Shown: positions 12,848 through 25,883, counted from the whole stretch's first letter. The stretch: 63,891 bases of DNA, filler included, from Parasitella parasitica NRRL 2501 (GCA_025201805.1; 8 parts of 8 records of this genome joined end to end with filler, not necessarily neighbours in it), one strand, 5' to 3'. The notes: a model not told the origin generated them from the letters alone. Translations and numbers: made by a program.

Positions 12848-15532
12848 TTCATCTTGATCTCCATCACCCATTATTCCTCTAGAAATATTGATAGCCTCCA
12901 CATCAACACCGTACTTTCTGCTCATTGCTAAAGGTATGGGAGCGCCAAACAAAAACAAATCAGATGCCTTCTCTCGACCCTAGACATTGCTACATATAAC
13001 TGACCATGCGTCAACATATGGTCCAGAAAAATTCCAACACAATCAATAGTTGCGCTCTGCGCTTTGTGAATGGTGGTAGCAAAAGCGGGTACAATCGGAA
13101 ACTGAGCTCTAGAATAGCTTGTGCCATGTACTTGTCTGGAGATTCTTTGGATCCAATATGTTTCCTCTTCATCTTCTTCATCATTATTTGCAAATTTTTT
13201 AAGTCCGATATTATCTTCATCAACTTCAAACACTGTGGCAATGGCACCATTTACCCAAGCAAGGGAGACATTTAAATTTTGAATTAGCATAACAGGCATG
13301 CCGATCTTTAGGATGAGTTCCTGGGGAAGTCTAGTCTCTTTGCTAAGCACTCTTTTAGCAATAGCAGCAGTGCCTACAAAATTATCGACGATAGCAGAAA
13401 TGTGAATGCCTTCGTCGGGAAACTCCTTCATATCTTTCTTGTTAGTTTTGTCAACAGCTTCTCTTGTTGTATATAGACGTAAGCAATTTAAAGGCAAATT
13501 CCTCTTGAGAACGGTTCTTTCATTCATAAAAACAACCACATCCTCATCGAAATAGCCCAACCTTACTTTGTTCAAGATACGAACAAACTCTGGATCTTTT
13601 TGGCGAACTGGTTCAATGAGATCGTACCGATTAACCGTATTGAATACCGCTGTCCTCCAAATTGTGGATTCATTCTTTCGGACAGGTAGAAGCTGTGCAA
13701 TATCTCCAAAGAATATTGTTCTGACGCCACCCATAATAGAGGGTCTGTTTGTAGTTTTGATAAGTGAGTCGTTCATCGAGTTCAACAGTGAAGCACCAAT
13801 CATTGAATATTCGTCAATAAGAAGTATTATTTTGGGATATAGCTTGATGTATTCATCTAAGTTTTGAAAGTTTGGAATCTCGGTTTGATTTCCCATTCCA
13901 AAAAACCAATGAAGAGTTTGTCCGGTAATGTTGTGAGCAGCTACGCCTGTAGGTGCTAATTTAAAGACCTAGAAAAGCAAGTTATTAATTATCGAAAACA
14001 TGTAACGATTTGCACATACCTTAAACCCTTTTAGTCTGTAGTATCTCTCTAATATTCTGAGTATATACGATTTGCCTGTGCCAGCAGCCCCAGAAATAAA
14101 TACAGCAGAATTAGTCTCCAGTTCATTTTTGACATGGTTGTAGATATTTTTCTGGTCTTCATTTGCATTCCGCAACATAAGCTTCAACTCTCTTTTCGTA
14201 ACTCTTTCACCTCTATCCAGGTCAAGAATATCATTGATATTGGAAACATTTGTTCTTGTTGTAGATGGCTCCATACAGCCCTCCTCCAATGGATACTTAT
14301 TAAATATTCGTAATAGTCCTTCCACCAAGTTTGATGTGCGCCTTTTGCTTCTTGAAATGTAGTCTCGAACAAGATTTTTTCTGTTAAAATCTGCTGGTAA
14401 TAGAAACTATCGCCATTCATTTCGCTTTGATTATTAAATGTTCGCCAAAACGCTCTCTTGCCACGAGCACGCAATACAAAATTGGTTTTTCCACTTGTGA
14501 CATTTTTGGGCAAGTGTTGACTGTATTATTGCCTATTCATGAATTCCCGTCGTTGCAAAGTTGCCACATCATCTGTATTGTCGACTTGAGATTTACGGAT
14601 GTATGAGCAAAAAAATTCCGGTATTGTCAATATCTCAGCACCGTCTCTTTTTTCATATACGAATACACTAGACTTTCCAAATATATCCTCCGAAACTTCT
14701 GACAGATCCTTAATATCATCTCTGATGCGCAATGAATCATAGCTGTATAGACCAGTGTTTAAAAAAACCACATTTCTTGAAGTAGAGTGTTTGTGCCACC
14801 CCAATAAGTCATAAGTAGCTTCGACAGCGCCAATTATCCTCGTTTTTAGATGGTCAGATTCTTTGATAAAGGAAGATTTTTGACGAAAACCTTGTTGGCC
14901 TTTACTTTTTGCAGGTTAACTGAAGTACCATAATCGTCCTTAGCCATGAACTTGGCTAAATATCTGACTGCTTGTGGCCCATCGTTATATTGTATGTCCA
15001 TGTTTGTCCAAAACACTGCCAATAGGTATGGATTGTAGTTATTAACCATGCAATCGGCTACACCTCTACGATAAGTGACATGATGATCTTTATCCATGTA
15101 AGTTATCGTCGCTTCCGGCTTGGAAAATCCAAAGCGACATGGTCTCTCTGGTTGTCCTCGTTTACAGTAGCTTTGAATTCAAAAGTGTGTTAATTTACAA
15201 TTGAGTCAACAAATACAAAAACTTACTTGACATTGCAAGAGTGTAATTGATTCTTGTTTACAAGGCGATGCATCAAAGGATCTCCGCTACTATATCCCTG
15301 AGGGAACCATGTATAAACAACATCTAAATCAATTAGTTCGTGAACTGTTTTCTCGGTCCAGAGCACCAGATATATGTGGGGACTACCCCTGTCTTGAACC
15401 TCCAACACCCAGCTATATTCATTTATGCCACCAATCTGATTTGCAAAGTGGCCTAGTATGTAGCTCTTGACGAACTTTAATCATTTTCTTTTCCAATGAA
15501 GAGCAAAAACGACAGGATCATCCCATGCATTA
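12848..15532 (-). mobile_element. Degenerate Helitron-superfamily (Helentron/Helitron2-type) Rep-Pif1 helicase gene, 5'-truncated
   Basis: Rep motif 2 EVQDRGSPHIY; NNYNPYLL..NMDIQ and motif 3 YLAKFMAK; SF1 helicase motifs GAAGTGKS, IDEYSM, FGDIAQLLPV, FATTIHKAQ, HGQLYVAMSRV; introns, frameshifts and stops. Confidence 0.92.
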
Positions 15533-17632
15533 TGTTATATCAATAACATGGCAAGGTCTCACATCAGGATCTCAGATCAGTCCCAGGGTCTTACAGTAGT
15601 AAATCACGGGTAGCACTATGGCCTCGCCGATGTTCTTATGAGAATATTGATGTGCATGAACGGGAACATTCTTTAGAGCCAAAAAAAGTGCTTATCGAGC
15701 TAGGTTAAGGAGATAAATGTGCTCATGCGAGAACAAAAATTGAAACATCTTATGATCACATTTTTATGCTCAAATGAGCACATAAATTACTAGTTTCATA
15801 GGCTTAAAATTACGCTCAAAAGGCTTGGAAAAATGTGCTCATGAAGCGAAAATGTGCCCGTACACTCAAAAAAATGTGCTCAAAAAAGTAAAATTTGCGT
15901 ACAAAAATGTAGCTTTAGCTTTTGTTTATTTCTCAATTTTTGTAGTATGAACCAGTGATTTATTATCGCTTTAATTTCATATCGTCACATACAGTATTGT
16001 CTTGATTATGTAGCCTTTGGTTGACACAGGCAATGATGGAGAACAGTGCAAGATTAGCTATTACCCGATTTGAAATTGAAGCAGCTACTGAGGTATTTGC
16101 TATATAAAAGAAAAGCGCGTCAGTAAAATAAATTTTGTTGACGACAATAACAAATAACCACCTACATTGATTGTGAAAAGAGATGATACACTAGATCATA
16201 TATAATACTCGAAAAAAGAAGCAAGGAGGCAGCATATTGAAAAAAAGTAGCAAGGTTTAACTTCATAACATCTAGAATCCAGGGCAAAAATGAGCAACAA
16301 ACCTCTCGTATTATTGTATATGTTCAGATGCTGGGCACAAAATTATACCTGTAGCATGCCTAAATAATAGAAGAAATCTAATTTTAGTGTATATTAATAA
16401 AGCAAAAGAAGCAAGCCAAAAGTATTCAATACTACTACCTTGACATTGACACCCAAACGAAGTAATAATGCAAAAAAGTGATTCATACAAAGTATTATCT
16501 TTAGCTACTGCCTATATTCAGCAGTAAAAGAAGTCAGTCATTTAGTTGCTACAAACAATTTAACTCACATAGCAATACCATGCTCTCATATGAAAGATTA
16601 AACTAAGCAGCGCCTCTATATATTATAGACAAAAGGATTAGTAGTTTGTTAAAATAAACTCGAATACATACCATGATAATAGCAAAACACAAAATATGTT
16701 GCTTATCATTTCTTCACACAAAGCTATACTGCAAGCTGTTCCTTAATAAAAGAGAAGCTACAATTTTTTATGATGAAACTACAGATACGTGAAGACGTTA
16801 TTACTCTGTATAATGTACTTATATTTGGCACAAATGTGCTAATATTGTGTGTTTTTTAAGTTAAAATACCAGTTCATAAGTTGTAAAAAGATAGATAAAA
16901 CAAAAGAAAAAGACCAAGGAGAGCTAACAAAGAAGCTAAAATATGCATTATTCGGTCATCACAATATGCAATGTTTTGGGCTAAGCATGCAGAAAGAAGC
17001 CAATGGAAAAACACCGCTACAAGAGGTCATCTCAACAATTGAAAGCAACCATGTAAAAACAAAATATATACTTTATTCAAGTATATTGCTACTGGTGCTA
17101 GCATTATTACCACCAGCGTCTTCTTCAACTTCTTGAACAACACTTTGGTTAACAGTAGGTACTTTTTCTTCACTTTTTGCTCTCAAATGAACATTTGTAT
17201 GGTCGTGAGAAGACCATAAATAAACTTTTACTCAAAACAGAACAGCGATCTTTGGAATGCAATGTCATAACGGATATTTGGTAGCAAATGTTACTACAAG
17301 CACAAAAAAACCGAAATGTCTCAGAAATAATATTATATAATTAAAAATGAGCTATCTCAACTTTTTTTATAAACGCACAACATTCTGGGGCAAAATCATT
17401 TATGTTCTCATAAGCACATAAATGCTCCCATGACCCTAATAATGTTCCCTTTTGAGCACATTTGTGTTCACCGAGAACATCCAGGAGGCCATAGTGTAGT
17501 CATGATTTATATTATGTAGCTAGACAGTAAAACCCTAGTGTAATGAATGTGTATATAATACATCGAGAGATGTATTATGAATAAAAGTGTAATTCTTTGG
17601 CAGATTTTTTCTATCAGACTTTTGACATAACA
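15533..17632 (+). mobile_element. Solo LTR (~214 bp, TGTTAT...ATAACA) split by a CACTA element
   Basis: TG..CA ends with short inverted termini; TATATAA and AATAAA in the right half; left half matches the inverted LTR fragment at 19440-19529. Confidence 0.8.
15614..17496. mobile_element. Complete non-autonomous CACTA/EnSpm (CMC) DNA transposon, 1.88 kb
   Basis: TIRs CACTATGGCCTC...GAGGCCATAGTG; 3-bp TSD TAG (15611-13 and 17497-99); many subterminal TGTGCTC/GAGCACA repeats; no transposase ORF. Confidence 0.9.
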
Positions 17633-19529
17633 AATTGCATAAAGGTCTGACTCAAGACCACGCAAGAGATACACGACCAAAGCAGCTGGTTCCTTCACCC
17701 CAGAGAGGTGCTTCAACCCATTGAACTTGTCAATGTACTGTTCCAAGTTTTTGTAGTTGTGCAGTTTGGGCTTTCTCAGGCTTGAGATAGCATCTCGCTT
17801 TTGTTGTTCGGCCGAAATATTGTATTTGGCCTTCAACTTCTCAGTGAAGTTGTCCCAATTCAAATGAGGTTCATATTGTGTGAGTTGACAAGTCCAACCA
17901 GCCATGCCCGTAGACATCTGGGGCTTAATCAAGCGGTAGTACCAGTGTGCATTCAAATCCAATTGATACTGTTCCAGCACATATTTGAAATTGAGCAGAC
18001 AGTCATCAAGAGTACGATGCACTAAAGGTTGATTGTTCATTTTGTGTCCCTTCCATTGGATTAATGGCAGGTTGGGAGGAACAACAAAGGCGTTGCCAGT
18101 ATATCACTAGCCTTGTTGTTACAAACAGAAGCAAAATCCTTGAACAAGAGATCATAATTTGCTTGACTGTCATGAACCTGTCGAGCCTTCAAGCCCAAAC
18201 AATTATACATCTTGGTCTAAAAATATATATCACCTCGTTCTTCCCTAATCAATCCACATTGCATTCTTGCCTCTCTGATTCACACTGTCATTCTTGCCTT
18301 ACTCATCCACATTATACTATTGACTTATTGATCCACGATATCCTATTTACCTAATTGATTCACGTTATAGTAAATAGTCTAGTTCACATTTCAGTGAACT
18401 AGACAGCTCGGAAAAAATTATAAATAGAGGCCATTTTGACCAGCAAAGAAGAGTTTTCTTCGTCAGATCTCCTCATCGAATTCCCTTATTAAATATCCCT
18501 AGCAATCTTCTTATCTTTCTCCACCTTTTCCTTATTAAATCATAGCCTCCTTATTTGAAATAAACTTCTGCTGCATTTCTTCTCTTAGTACTCTGTCCCT
18601 GATTATCTAATAAGGCCGTAGATCCCTGATATTGACCCTCTTTCAACAGCTTCCTATGAGTCTTACTTTTCTCTTGGATAGCATCGTTAAGAGTGCGATA
18701 AAAAAAATATAATAAAAAAAGTGGAAAGGATATACAATTATAACTCTTCGATATTTGTTCAAAGTTGAAAATGTAAGCCAAGATCCATCAAGTTGAAAGA
18801 TCTTGAATGTTTTTATAAAAAATATAATCTGCATATTTCATGTTACTAATGCAGTAACTGGATTGTCTCCAATTTAGGCTTCATGGGAAAGCAGTAACGA
18901 TTGTGGTTCATAAGGAGGTGCACAAAGGTGTACAATTGTCCTTATATGTTGAATGTTAATGGTGATATTTGTCATGTTCAAGGTTGTTCTCAAGAACACG
19001 GTTCTTAATAAAGAAATGTCTTACTAATTCAAATAAGATGTGTGAAAGACTGCCAGTAGTTCAAATCAGAGAGGATGCTGCATTGCCAATTTTGCAGCTC
19101 TGCACAGCTTAGACTGGAGCTTGTTGGCTATCTCCTGCAAGAGCTCCTCTTGGTGCTTCTTGCTCAAGGGTTCGAAATGATCATCATCATTGAGATCTAC
19201 TTCGCTACTATCGGTCATGATAGTATCACGGTCGGAAAGAGCGTCTTCGCTCAATTTCCGGTCTATTTCAGCTAATTCCTCACGCAGAGCGTTTTCATCA
19301 TCGCTCGATGCAATTTTATCAACCGTTGCCTGTCTTGGAGACAGAGCAACTTGGGCATCAGCCACAGATCCCGTAGAGTTGTTGGAACTCTGACGAGATC
19401 CCGCAGGACGACTTGCCATTTGGGCATAAGTGGTCATGAAAATCATGACAACCCACCATAAATTACTGTAAGACTCTGGGACTGACCTGAGATCCTGATG
19501 TGAGACTTTGCCATGTTATTGATATAACA
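17633..19529 (-). mobile_element. Ty3/gypsy-like retroelement relic: partial 5' LTR plus a gag interrupted by insertions (~18168-19063)
   Basis: LTR fragment 19440-19529 directly upstream of ORF 19066-19446; downstream gag VVPPNLPLIQWKG..LDLNAHW..WDNFTEKLKAKY..LEQYIDKF..YLLRGL. Confidence 0.75.
18700..19063. repeat. Repeat family B (LTR-like); inverted copy at 56014-56380 and a related end at 6660-7008
   Basis: ~360 bp reverse-complement match to 56014-56380, which begins TGTGAACTACTGGCAGTC. Confidence 0.85.
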
Positions 19530-20093
19530 AATGGGGCAAAAAAGCATTATTAGTTTGTTGTAAACCAGCTCCAAGTTTCAATGTAAGTACTGGCATGCTG
19601 ATTGACTATGCTAAAATAAAGTGGGACGATGACTATGTATTTTTAATTATGTTTATTATCGTATGGAGTCTCCAAAAGTCCCAAAAGTCCCTCATACATT
19701 TGGAACTCAAGACGTAGTAATTCTTGTTAATTATGGCATTCACCGTAATAACAGTAGTTATTTACGGTTCAAGTCCTCAGAGATAGCTATTTTAAAGACA
19801 TAAACGTATGCATTTCTGTAATCAAGATGGGTTTTGCTAAATATGCATAGCTTTCGCAAACTCTACATAAAGTCTACCTACAAACTGCCACACGTACATG
19901 TGCTTCGGCTTATGGATACACTGTATTTCTTCAAGCGTTAGATTATGCCTTTCTCAGATTTTGATTCGTATTAGATCAACAAAGTCAATTTCAAAAAGCA
20001 ACAGCTGTATATATTGAATAGGAATAATGAATGATAAGAACAATAATAAATGATGCTGACATACACTATATATAGTTTATACAATAAGGTTGC

Positions 20094-22412
20094 TTAGGAG
20101 GAGCCAAAAATCTCGGCTTTGTTCATTGATAGCCAATGTATTGTTTTTCCTTTCTGTACCCTTCTTTTCTCAGCAATTCCAACAGCAGTTTTCATGTCTA
20201 TGTGCCTTTCCTCAGCGTACTGTTGAATCACCTTGATAATGGCATTTCTTCTCAAGAAAAACTTCTTCACACCCTCGTCGTCTCTCCATCTTGTACCATA
20301 TTGGCGCTCCAAATCCAACACAGCAGGGCCACCACAGAAACCTTCCGACCACTCCCTCCAAAGATCAGTGAGTGAAACAATCCCACGACTCATATGGTAT
20401 GTTGGAATTCTTGTTGTTGTCGGTGATGATGATGTTGCTGTTGCTGCTGCTGCTGCTGCTTCTGGTGTTGCCGTTGCTGTGGATTGAATGGTGTTGTTAG
20501 CACGAATTGTTTGGTTGAGAGTGGGAAGATTCACTGTGAGATTGACACTAGCTTGACCAGTGACTAAACGAGTGATGTAGTCATTCAAGACATCTTGCTT
20601 TCTTGCTTGCTCGTTTAGTCTGGTAGAGAGGTCGCTATGTAATGTCCTTAAGCGTTCTTCCACTATAGGGATGGATCGTTGTAATAGCGTATGAGCAGGG
20701 TCGTTGTTTTGATTGATGATGGCTTTCATGCGTCTAATTAATAATATTTGGATTAGGTATCAAAATAAAAGGACAATAGACATTGGAATAAAAACACTTA
20801 CTCCTTGTAATCTAGAAACATTTGATTTGTAAAGATCTCGTTCGTCCACAAAGGATGATTTGGAAACTTTTCCATCATTACTACAGAGTCTTGTATGATG
20901 GTCTTCCTCAACATGTAAAATAGCTCAAAGCAAGCTTTTGCTGCCACTGTGATCTGCATGGGATCTCCATTGTTCGGATTGTGTTTTTTTTTCGATCATT
21001 CTTGCGTTCCATGCATCAAGTTCAGGGAATATAAACTGCGCCAGCTCTTCAGGTGGATCCAAGGATGCCCTTGGGATGAAAAATTGTCCTTGGTGGATGG
21101 TAAATCCAGCCATGACACGCATGGCCTCCCTGGGCAATCCCGTGAGATACGCACCATTCATTGTGGTATTGTTCCATCGTCCCAGACGACGTATTTGATC
21201 TTCATGGACACCAGCAAGATCTGCCATTCTGGCAGAGCTACCACGACCGACATGCGTCTTGCTTTTAGAAAAAATATTGGTGCCATTGAGCCCTCTTGAA
21301 ATCGCATCCTTATGGCTGGAATACTTCCAGGCAACAGTGGGTTGGCGCTCGTCTGACTTGAAGATCTTGGTAAAGTACCAGTCGGGTGAGGTCGTAAAGT
21401 TAGGAAACGGCTCATTTTCCATATGAAAACGCCAAAACATATATAATCCAAGGGCCATTATTGGACAGACTTCTACTCTATTACTTCTTATACATCCACC
21501 GAGTTCAAGACGATTGTTTTTGTTTGTTTTTCCTCGTCTTAAAATCATTACTAAAGCTGGACATTCAACATCTGGCCTCATGCTTTCATTTTCAAGATTG
21601 ACTGTTTGAAAATCCGTTAATTCTGCCATGATGATCGACTGACTTCTCAACAAAAAGTAATGGGAAAAAAGAAAAGCAGCAGAGGCTTTCAGATTTGAAC
21701 CATGATCACGGTTTTGATCCATATAGAATTTGACAACGTTTGCAACTTGATTGATGGTTGTGTACCCATCGGCAAGTGTTCCTTCGCCTCGGTCTTCATA
21801 GTTTTCTCGTTTTGACTGGAAATCTCGATCCTTTTGCACTTTTAAGAGATCCTTGACAATTGCTCTTGGATGCTCGTTTCCATTTGTCTTCCTTCCTACT
21901 TGGGTTCTATAGAGATCTGTGATAGCTGCAACATACTGACTGATACTCGATGATGTTATTTTTTTGGGGGCTTTGCCCTTGCGAGATAAACGACCTATAA
22001 CCTAAAATAGATGATGGATTATAAAGTTATTCTGCAGTGGATGAACAAGAGAGCAAGTTTCTCTATAACACTTTACCACTTTATGCAAGAAGTAGTTGAG
22101 TTTTTCACCAGAAACGATGGTTCGTTGTTCGAATGGTTCGTTTAAAAATGTTTTTTTCGCCCATTCTTCAAACTCTTTCGACTTTGCTTGATAGGCCTTT
22201 TTTGTAGCTAGAGGACGGGTTTCTTCTGCTGCTCTTGTAGTGTCTTCAACAGCTTTTACCATGTCATATTGAACGAAGGCTCCTGCTGTAGCATCTGCCA
22301 TCTCTGTATGATTATCTTCAGGGACGGATGCAGATACGGATGCAGATGATGATGCTTCAGATGCTTCAACTGTATTCAATTCAGTGTTTTCAATAGTTTT
22401 ATTTTTGTTCAT
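20094..22412 (-). mobile_element. Crypton (CryptonF-type) tyrosine-recombinase transposon gene with a C-terminal GCR1_C domain; two introns and two frameshifts
   Basis: YR/NDC10-II-like motifs LLRSQS (R), GKTNKN (K), KTHVGR (HxxR), LGRWN, GAYLTGLPR (Y); GCR1_C YHMSRGIVSLTDLWREW..G..LERQYGTRWR; frameshifts near 21840 and 20990. Confidence 0.92.
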
Positions 22413-22761
22413 ATGATTAAATTGTATAATTTAAAGAGATAAAAACAAGGTCGACTGATGACAGCATTGGAATCTCATTTTGACATTCGTGAGAATATCA
22501 ATGCAGATGACGCTTATTTGTTTGAAGTCCTATTTAAGCTGGTGACTCAAGTCTGGGACTCTATCTGGGCAGGTGAAGATAACTCCTGTTTATTATTTTT
22601 TTTTTCATTTCTGTTTTTCTCATAAAATCACGATTAATTTGGCTAAGTCAACCCCTAAATCCTAAAAACAAAAAAACAGGGTTTCCCCCTGTTTTGATGT
22701 TAGGCGGAGCTTGAAATNNNNNNNNNNNNNNNNNNNNNNNNNNNNNNNNNNNNNNNNNNNN

Positions 22762-22773
22762 TTAATTAATTAA
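22762..22773. other. Artificial contig linker TTAATTAATTAA in N padding (also 25215, 41122, 48099, 55528, 59178, 62698)
   Basis: Identical six-frame-stop 12-mer embedded in N runs seven times. Confidence 0.97.
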
Positions 22774-22817
22774 NNNNNNNNNNNNNNNNNNNNNNNNNNN
22801 NNNNNNNNNNNNNNNNN

Positions 22818-23070
22818 ACAGTGACAATCTACTTGACAGGGTACGATATGAGGTTATACAGCAAGGGCTTCACGTCTTTGATCTGACAGAGCCTTAACCT
22901 TTATCCTGGTGCTCAGATCTGTGTTACTTACAGGAATAACCTTCTTGATTTGAAACAGAGACTTTATTCTCCAATTTACACAAGCGTATCACATCACATC
23001 ATTGGACAATCTTCAATCTTCAATTGAAGTACATTGCCATGATCTCCTATCTATAATTATGGCAGATCAC
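22818..23070 (+). repeat. LTR-like repeat family C; uninterrupted version of the MULE target site (other copies ~48955-49451, 49780-49905 and 53484-53760)
   Basis: Reverse-complement match to both flanks of the 49906-53483 insertion, with a single TTCCTGTAAG at 22927-22936. Confidence 0.85.
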
Positions 23071-24284
23071 TTAGATCCGATCAGGAACGGTTGCCATGAC
23101 AACTGAGTTGAAATAGTGGTAACCATCATGGTATTCTATGGATACAACAACCTGGCGCTTATCAATTGCTACGCATGTGGAATCGGTATAAATTGTTATA
23201 TGGATTCACGGAAAAAAATTATAATAAAAAAACGATAAAGTCAACTTGATAAGGTATAGGTTTTATTATCAAATCGACAGGTGTATACAGCTCCAGTTCA
23301 TCTACTGGCCAGGTAGATGAACCTTTATATACTTAAACTGTGAATAATGTTCTATTCTCGAAATTTAACATGTACGACAATACTGCGTAACTAGCATCTT
23401 AACTTTGTGCTAACCTACATATCAGCAGACTCAAGATAACTTAAATATATTTGAGTGAGGAGATAGACTTTACCCGAGGTAGTACCCTGATCAATCTTCT
23501 ATGCGAAGATTATTAATATCAATCCATAAGCGTATATCATTCCTTGTATAGTCTTATCCAGTCTATATTAATAGTGCATGTCTGAGTGTATGTCACTTGG
23601 TATTCATCTTAGCACATATCGGTATATGTAGCATGTCTATAGCATGTCATAAGCATATCTATAGCATTGCACATATTGTACAAGTCTGTAGTACATGATG
23701 TATCTGTAGCTAGTATCATGGATATAAGTATATTATGTCTTGTAGTAGTGCGTATCTAGAAACTGGGAATACGCATCTGAAGCATAGATCTTATATAGCA
23801 TAAGCTCGTAGCATATACTAAATCTAGTAAATTTCTAAGGCTCGTGTCGAGATATAAGTATCAGTCTATAGCGCCATCCATCCTAATGGTGCCGTCTCTA
23901 GCCTATATCTTATATAGTATAAATCTGTATTGCACATCTTATTATCTGTGCGCATATGTAGTTTATATCAATTTAGGGTAACTGGATGAATCTAGATGTG
24001 GAATGCAGATCATCATGGTGAATGTATTTCACAACGCACATTGATTTTTCTTAGTAAAGCCAAATTTACACGTCTCTTGAGAAGTCGTCCGGCTTTATTT
24101 AGTTGACATGTACCGTTAATAAACGATGCTACGACTGTCAATACTTTCGGTTTGAAATTTATTCAGGATTGAGTTTACTTGAGTTTGACTTCCGCTTGGG
24201 AAATTGACACATCAACATGGCTAGTAATTGGTTCTATCTGGTGCAAGCTTATTAAGCCTCGATTCCACGATCATGTAACTGATG

Positions 24285-24716
24285 TCAGCACTCGAAAAGT
24301 ATAAATAGTCTAGGCAAATGTTGTGTATAGAAGAAACATCTTATTTTTAATACACAAAAAAATATATCTATTTCATATGTTAAAACATCTATAGTGTCCA
24401 TCATTTCTTGCTTATTCTCGAAATACAATACACAATTGTCATAAAAGTTTACGGCGAAATGCCCCAGGAAGGGTTTCAACGCAAGGTAGACACAGCGGCT
24501 AAAGCAGACAAGTCCATACAGAACCTCAAAAGGCATACATTTATAAGAGTATGCTCCATAAAGTGTATTTATGGTAAGTTTGTTAATAGATTTGTTATCT
24601 ACTGCTATACGTTGAAATGCCTTCAAAAGAGCCGTGTTGACAAACCAACTACTTGCGGCCAAATATTCAATAACATTTATAGTAGGTGGATTAATAATGG
24701 TCCGGAAGTTTTGCAA
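24285..24716 (-). pseudogene. Degenerate Ty3/gypsy reverse transcriptase fragment
   Basis: YGAYSYKCMPF (G.Y....MPFG motif) and NFYDNCVLY (decayed YxDD). Confidence 0.7.
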
Positions 24717-24904
24717 AATTCGCTAAAACAAGATGTAGATTATGAACTAGTTATCCGATCAGCATGAAACCAACGTCATTAAAGAGAGCAAATAAAACTT
24801 AATAATATGAAAAAAATTTTATTTTGATTGGTCAACCGAGATCGAAATAATTTGGAGCTAAAATTCATGCGTGCATCCGGACTACTTTTCAGGGTGCTTA
24901 TAAA

Positions 24905-25069
24905 ATCACTATAGTAATTAGTATGACCACGTTTAGCTTTGATTACTGCTTCAATTCTTGCAGGCATGCTATCAATATATCGTTGACAATCTTCTTTGGT
25001 AAGCGTAGCCCATTGTTCTTCTACTCTCTCCCACAATTCATGTACTCCTCTAGCCTTGGTGGGATATGA
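24905..25069 (-). mobile_element. C-terminal fragment of a Tc1/mariner transposase, cut by a CACTA copy
   Basis: ELWERVEEQW..CQRYIDSMPARIEAVIKAKRGHTNY is the canonical Tc1 C-terminus. Confidence 0.85.
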
Positions 25070-25170
25070 CACTATGGCGTCGCCGATGTTCTTATGAGAA
25101 TATTGATGTGCATGCACGGGAACATTCTTTAAAGCCAAAAAAAGTGCTTATCGAGCTAGGTTAAGGCGAT
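25070..25170 (+). mobile_element. CACTA family terminus, truncated by a gap
   Basis: CACTATGGCGTCGCCGATGTTCTTATGAG matches the sequence from 15614. Confidence 0.9.
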
Positions 25171-25883
25171 NNNNNNNNNNNNNNNNNNNNNNNNNNNNNN
25201 NNNNNNNNNNNNNNTTAATTAATTAANNNNNNNNNNNNNNNNNNNNNNNNNNNNNNNNNNNNNNNNNNNNAGCAAAATAAACACTGTCTTATGCGCCATA
25301 AGAACAGGCATGATCATCGCTATATGAGCATAACTTGCTTTCCACTGGGCAATGTCTCTATCAAACGTTTTTCTGTTTTTCGTAACGGAGTTTGAATTAC
25401 AATCACGTGTTTTTGTGTTTCTGTGTAAAGTTAATTGCAATGCTACTGAAACTGAACCGAAAATAAGTGTTTTCTTATTGTTGATAATTATTTATCGGTA
25501 AGCCTGATTTGAAATATCAATACAAAATCATGTTAGGAGTAAAATATTGGATTGTTAAATTCTTATATTTCTGCATGGTAGGATGGTATACATGTGAAAT
25601 ATACATAAACTGAAATGATTTTCATTCCATTTTTAACCTTATATTGATAAAGAAGACTACATATGCACACAATTAATAAGCTGTATAGTATAAATTTATA
25701 CTATATCAGATATAGGCTAGAGATGTCACATTTAGGATGAATGACTCTATATACTTCTACTTATCATATCTCGACACAAGCTTTAGACATTTACTAGATT
25801 TAGTATGCACTACGAGCTTTTTTCATGCTTTAGATGCGTATTCCCAGTTTACAAATACCCACCAGAAGACATATAATTATCTC

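Noticed and set aside
15533-19529. Single 4-kb TIR transposon (Ginger-like, TGT...ACA) encoding gag
   Set aside because: The left repeat continues after the CACTA insertion into a full LTR with TATA and AATAAA signals, and there is no TSD; two inverted LTRs explain it better
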